Below, piece after piece: positions 60,301 through 64,000 of a stretch of DNA of 64,000 nt (the stretch's first letter is position 1; every line of letters starts with the position of its first letter). The DNA comes from Candidatus Woesearchaeota archaeon. Its GTDB lineage: Archaea > Nanobdellota > Nanobdellia > Woesearchaeales > DSVV01. The stretch is taken from assembly GCA_038884615.1 (NCBI GenBank), contig JAWABL010000003.1, positions 9,038 to 73,037 on the forward strand, written 5' to 3'. Under the pieces are notes generated by a model. It did no database searches. It was not told where the DNA came from and saw only the letters and a program-made list of their open reading frames with translations. The position numbers and the translations under genes were made by a program.

Positions 60301-61094
60301 CAGCCATTATCATGCTTAACTTGCCTCAAATAACCTACCTGCATAACAGTGTTCTCTCCTTCGATTGCAAAATTAAAGTTTGTTCCTTCTTTGCGAATAA
60401 GATAGACTATATCAGGATAAGGCCTGTGCTTCTCAATCACTATATCCGGATGTGCTTTCATATACTCCACCTGGTCAAAATAGCCGTTAGTAAGTTCGGA
60501 GTTTACTATTTCAATGGCAAGGTCGTAAAGCTCGCCAATCGGGGAGCTAATCTCTGCGGAGAACTCAGAAGCAAAGAAAACTGCATCCCCTCTTTTTAAA
60601 GTAAGTGGATAGTTTACATCTATTATAACACGACCTTTTGATATTTTTGCAGTTACATTTATATCTCCCTTCTCAATATCAAATTTCTGCTTCTCAAAAA
60701 GGCCTAGGTCAATGCATTTCTGCAACTGCCTTTTAACCTCAAGCGCAAGTTCCGCCTCTATATCCTGCCTTGTAAGATAGGAGTTGGTCTTCTGCGCCTG
60801 CTGACTATAGGAAAGATAATTAAGCCTTGATTTATTATAGTACCTAAAAAAAACAGGATTATACACTCCGCCTGTTGCTCCAATGCGTTGCACTTGTTCT
60901 GGCGTAACTTGAACAATACATGACTCTATATATCTTTTAAGAGGGGAGATATCATCTTTTATGATATACTGCTCTAAAAGCTCATTTTCAACCTGCCCTT
61001 GTTGAACAGACCTTATAGAATATATTAACATTCCAGTGACAAGAAGCAAAGCCAATCCAAGAATTATAAACAGGCTTACCTGGCTATGCTTCAT
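57309..61094 (-). CDS. Giant (1261-aa) secreted protein: pilin-like N-terminal hydrophobic segment, the N-terminal module paralogous to the 29032 protein, an extremely Cys-rich central region, and C-terminal beta (Ig/PKD-like) domains
   Basis: N-terminus MKHSQVSLFIILGLALLLVTGML. About 45 Cys between residues 250 and 500 (CCVNKYDGNCYK..., CYKCDTKECCENTDWRDCSWKEW...). The stop codon overlaps the 3' end of the tRNA-iMet on the opposite strand. Confidence 0.7.
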   Translation of the reverse strand: MKHSQVSLFIILGLALLLVTGMLIYSIRSVQQGQVENELLEQYIIKDDISPLKRYIESCIVQVTPEQVQRIGATGGVYNPVFFRYYNKSRLNYLSYSQQAQKTNSYLTRQDIEAELALEVKRQLQKCIDLGLFEKQKFDIEKGDINVTAKISKGRVIIDVNYPLTLKRGDAVFFASEFSAEISSPIGELYDLAIEIVNSELTNGYFDQVEYMKAHPDIVIEKHRPYPDIVYLIRKEGTNFNFAIEGENTVMQVGYLRQVKHDNGCCVNKYDGNCYKSTPSQICIMRGGVYEDNPECTCQTSKLPEKKNVEQKSCRSYDYTKKSFSGPVKQSGESWCVYDAKAGLGYDYVGSRHYRHYCIDGVEYVEECRDFREEICVESEGAGLTKSACRPNRWHDCYKCDTKECCENTDWRDCSWKEWLTTKSKCVPYVPPGFRFWEGNGFEVCSAATEIKECYGTSFSCPAIWIDDSAVYCYMQGDCGNYRNIADKITYYGYFNTDIRYSPRDYIFHKNGEIKNGHKYVIRLPDKRAQLPQESTRVVEAQNNFAMLIASAYSYLNEISSLSIMDFLNPFKPRPQIRIMDVAICSVWLPPEGSADCELCEAERLKPCTEYKCRSLGTGCIYSEDQGVPHCMPSKKDKTPPKVWLDYNSLTKGYSATKKELRISDKTYGGYEITPDLKPHKVFTIGLETDEDAICRLSYLPRLKFQMPNFFFGDLGYSKKHTIMVRVPPRAEIPQKLFDALNITKLSEIIRLLEEPKEFLLEYKVKFSGPIAAYKMVTGKDITKVIDPFIWQIISFIDELSAQKPFYKELVNTLLKKLDDGGLYLFVTCTDKSGNENIEEFFIEFSIDAELNDTLAPIILGTLPENQSLLANSQDELNIRVYTDEHAVCRYSTEDKAFEEMEHQLICPSSPYTMSYYFGGSYECTARLNAKQETKIYVRCMDNPLKSIKGEIKLESSEINSIVGTEPSKYLSIAEANIINASINMLSSDILFRMNATSIKIQLNMEEPMVCTLDYANATIPFEKCLPVNDLDAGLYACTVSVNLIEPNFDFFTFNITLINTSEELILPLGVNFSNKVLELWPKNTPVLTIGANETIKAILLLESGWRCNATICNENACIAELETNNSYLFMCTNIGISGSYSATTLPINCIEDRPSRHNVNAQSTLLVFKKSPPLRIIDYGPRDESGTKTVLFVKTSQSKNIMCGYTQGLTLEKMPMLKMDNTTFESHLKGLSKGKKTYIVGCNDEYGNTATQDIVFYVVE

Positions 61095-61259
61095 TTCTAA
61101 CCTCTTTTTATTTTTCTTTTTATTTTAAGATATTCAAACATATATTTTTAATTTAGATTTAAATATTTAATTGAATATCTGCTTTTTCCCTACTTTCCTT
61201 GCTATGTTAAAATTTAAAAGCTAAACTGTGGATAATCAAGCTATCTACCAAAGACAATC

Positions 61260-61425
61260 GGCACCGTTCAAAATCTCGTTTTCGGTCGGCTTACCATCAT
61301 GTTGGCACTTTTCCGTTCAAATGAAAATATCTGGTTCTCCGTATGGAACAACTCAACTTCAAACCCATATATGGTTCCTGAATGTGCATACGCGGTAGAT
61401 GCTAACACACTTTTTGAACGGTGCC
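61260..61425 (-). mobile_element. MITE copy D (166 bp), same orientation as copy C. TIRs GGCACCG.../...CGGTGCC. TSD (C)AAAGACAATC.
   Basis: Direct repeat caaagacaatc at 61249-61259 and 61426-61436. Confidence 0.85.
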
Positions 61426-61475
61426 CAAAGACAATCGAAAAATATAAATATGCTCTTGATGAGAAATTTTAAAGG

Positions 61476-61667
61476 ATGAACCTAAAAGACCCAAAAATAC
61501 TTGGATTTTTCATGGCAGTAACTATGGTTCTTGTTGTTTTTTTTGTATACTTGAGTGTTTCAAAGTATAGAAATGGGGCACTGCTATGGGGTCTTTTTAT
61601 TCCAATCGGCATAGTTCTGCTGTTAATATTTCTAATTGTAAAACTGAGGTTTAGATTCAATAGGTAA
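61476..61667 (+). CDS. Small two-TM membrane protein (63 aa), hypothetical
   Basis: ORF about 50 bp downstream of MITE copy D. Two hydrophobic helices. Confidence 0.35.
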   Translation: MNLKDPKILGFFMAVTMVLVVFFVYLSVSKYRNGALLWGLFIPIGIVLLLIFLIVKLRFRFNR

Positions 61668-61838
61668 TATAACATCAAACATATATATAAACCACCTAAA
61701 TAAAAAAGATATCAGAAATAAATAAAACTATTGAGTATTAAAGATACAGGATATCAATAAGAATATAAGAATCAATACAAGAAATAAAGATAAATAAATA
61801 TAATAATACAAATAAATATAAAAAGCAGGTTCTGCCCC

Positions 61839-63341
61839 TTGTTGCTAATGGATAAGCGGCTAGTCTATTGGATACTTGGTCTTTCTTTTGTGATAACATT
61901 TGGAATAAGGCTTTACTTTGCATTTCAGTCTGAATATTTCAACACTGATTTCGCTTATTTTACCTTAAGACAGGTGGAGCATATAAGAAACATCGGATTG
62001 CCTCTCTACGAAGATCCGCTGAGCTTTTCCGGTCGGAGTTATATCTTTCTGCCTCTGTTCCACTACACTCTTGCCTTTTTTAGCTTGTTTATGCCTGTGG
62101 CGCTTGTATGCAAGATAGTACCAAATATACTTGCCTCTGCGATAATATTCATAGTTTATATGGTAGTCTTAAATATGACAAAAAATGAAGAGAGTTCGGT
62201 TGTCGCCGCGATTTTAAGCGGGCTGGTTCCCATCTATTTTGTCCAGACCCTAAACAGCATATCTATTTATTCGCTGTCTATACCACTAACAATAATAGCC
62301 CTGCATTTTTTCAGCCAGATAAATATTAAAAAAAACCCACTGCGCTTCATAGTTGTTCTTTGCCTTCTTCTTCTTCTGCACCCAAGCATATATATAATGA
62401 TATTGGCGCTTGTTATTTATCTTATACTGCTTGCTGCTGAGAACATTGAAATTGGCAAGGGCGAAGTTGAGATAACACTCTTTAGCATTTTTGTAACATT
62501 TTGGTTTCACCTCCTGGTCTTCAAACAATATCTTGCACTGCATGGATACAGAGTAATTTGGCAGAACATACCTGAAGAGATTTTATCAGCCTACTTCTCA
62601 AAAGTTAGCCTACTTGAAATCATAGGAGATATTGGGTTTATAACCCTTGTAGGCTCTATGGTGGTTTTGCTTTTTTATATTTTTAGAAGAAAGAAAAAGG
62701 GAGTCTATCTATTTGCAGCGCTTGGTTTCTCTGCTTCACTACTCCTTTATTTTAATATCATTGAAGTAACGGTTGGGTTGATTTTTATCGGCATTTCCGC
62801 AAGCGTCTTATTCGGAGAATTCCTAGTGATATTCAAGGAGTATACTGAGAAAAGTATCATCTCAGGAATAAGGAAGCAGGTCTTCGCTATTTTGATAGTA
62901 CTTATAATTGCAACGAGCCTTGTTACGGCAGTAAACTATGCTAGCAAAGAGATTAGGAGAACAATAACAGACATGGAAGTTGTTGGGATGATTGCATTAA
63001 AATCCATGACAAACTCAACATCAATAGTTGCGTCTACTCCTGAGGATGGACATTATATAACATACTTTACAAATAGAAAAGTAGTTATGGACACTAACTT
63101 CCTTCTTATGGAGGATGCACCTCTGCGATTTAATGATATAGGGCTGCTCTTTAAGTCTGCTATTATTAGACCTGACATACTAGATAAGTACAATATTAAT
63201 TATATATACTTTTCACCAAATGCAAAAAAGCGTTATAACATAACAGGCATATTATACGCCGGTAGCTGCCTGCAAAAAAGATACGACAACGGCGCTGTTA
63301 TAATATATGAGAACAGATGCAAGAGAGAAAATGAGGATTGA
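61839..63341 (+). CDS. Polytopic membrane protein of GT-C-like (ArnT/PMT/AglB-like) architecture. First of a tandem paralogue pair.
   Basis: 500 aa, more than 10 TM helices. Conserved block EDPLSFSGRSYIFLPLFHY in the first extracytoplasmic loop, shared with the next gene (NDPLSFQGREYIFDPYDY). Confidence 0.55.
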   Translation: MLLMDKRLVYWILGLSFVITFGIRLYFAFQSEYFNTDFAYFTLRQVEHIRNIGLPLYEDPLSFSGRSYIFLPLFHYTLAFFSLFMPVALVCKIVPNILASAIIFIVYMVVLNMTKNEESSVVAAILSGLVPIYFVQTLNSISIYSLSIPLTIIALHFFSQINIKKNPLRFIVVLCLLLLLHPSIYIMILALVIYLILLAAENIEIGKGEVEITLFSIFVTFWFHLLVFKQYLALHGYRVIWQNIPEEILSAYFSKVSLLEIIGDIGFITLVGSMVVLLFYIFRRKKKGVYLFAALGFSASLLLYFNIIEVTVGLIFIGISASVLFGEFLVIFKEYTEKSIISGIRKQVFAILIVLIIATSLVTAVNYASKEIRRTITDMEVVGMIALKSMTNSTSIVASTPEDGHYITYFTNRKVVMDTNFLLMEDAPLRFNDIGLLFKSAIIRPDILDKYNINYIYFSPNAKKRYNITGILYAGSCLQKRYDNGAVIIYENRCKRENED

Positions 63342-64000
63342 AAAGATTTTGAACGAGAAGAGCGCATTATCTTATACAATTGCGCTTACAATTGTGGTTC
63401 TTATAATCCCTATACTCGTAAGAGTTTTCTTTTTTGACGGACTTGTTATAGGGGAGGAACCATACCACCATATTAGGATGGCTAAACTTGTGCTAAAAGG
63501 GGCTGAAAATGACCCCCTAAGCTTTCAAGGGAGGGAGTATATTTTTGATCCTTATGATTATATACTTGCGTTTTTTAGCATTATATTCACGATGCAGATT
63601 GCATCAATGCTCCTTCCGTTTATGTGCGGGATTGCGTCCACAATAATATTTTACTTTATTCTAAGGGACTTCAAGATTGATGGAACGATGAGGTTTTTAA
63701 TGATAGGCTTTTTTGTAACCACCCCAGTATTTATCTTCATTTACAGCTCACCAAATAGGCTTGGTTTTTTGCTTATGTTGGATATGCTTGGGTTCTATCT
63801 TTTCTCGCGCAAAGAGAAGATAGCTTTCATATTCGGAACATTGATTCTGTGTATAGTACCACTTTTTGGGCTATTCCACGCGTATATAAGCATACTTTTT
63901 ATATTATCGTATGCGATATACAGAAAGCAAACAAAAAAGTTTTTTTTATTCTTAATTCCTTTTTCTGCCGTCGCCCTTTTTTTTGGTATATCCTTTTACC
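63331..64000 (+). CDS. Paralogue of the preceding GT-C-like membrane protein. Partial: runs off the window end.
   Basis: The ATG at 63331 overlaps the upstream stop. Same N-terminal motif arrangement as the first gene. Confidence 0.5.
   Translation, partial: MRIEKILNEKSALSYTIALTIVVLIIPILVRVFFFDGLVIGEEPYHHIRMAKLVLKGAENDPLSFQGREYIFDPYDYILAFFSIIFTMQIASMLLPFMCGIASTIIFYFILRDFKIDGTMRFLMIGFFVTTPVFIFIYSSPNRLGFLLMLDMLGFYLFSRKEKIAFIFGTLILCIVPLFGLFHAYISILFILSYAIYRKQTKKFFLFLIPFSAVALFFGISFY

Overview
AT-rich archaeal chromosomal segment with a euryarchaeal-type gene set. Identifiable content, in window order: (1) the rpoH-rpoB'' head of the RNA polymerase operon, preceded by two intron-containing tRNAs. 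(2) hypC-hypD-hypE [NiFe]-hydrogenase maturation genes. (3) A large N-glycosylation-sequon-rich surface protein with tandem Ig-like repeats. (4) A complete molybdenum-cofactor operon (ModE-like regulator, moaA, moaC, moaB, moeA, moeA-PBP fusion, MOSC) plus a ferredoxin. (5) Secreted beta-helix and other giant surface proteins. (6) gatD and gatE. (7) An A1Ao ATP synthase operon in the order H-I-K-E-C-F-A-B-[extra gene]-D. (8) A glycan/cell-wall enzyme cluster (L,D-transpeptidase, NodB deacetylase, GT4, GT2, GT-A-like, alpha/beta hydrolase). (9) RIO kinase, a KH protein, topoisomerase VI B/A and a CaCA exchanger. (10) An initiator tRNA-Met. (11) A tandem pair of paralogous GT-C-like membrane proteins. 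Accessory content: four copies of a ~165-bp MITE with 14-bp terminal inverted repeats and 9-11-bp target-site duplications; a decayed IS200/IS605-like element whose tnpA carries an in-frame TGA; and a decayed LamG-like pseudogene. Things that stand out: a tRNA-Asp interrupted in its T-loop; a beta-carbonic-anhydrase-like gene inserted inside the ATP synthase operon; two genes with no canonical start codon; and a shared N-terminal module linking two large secreted proteins.
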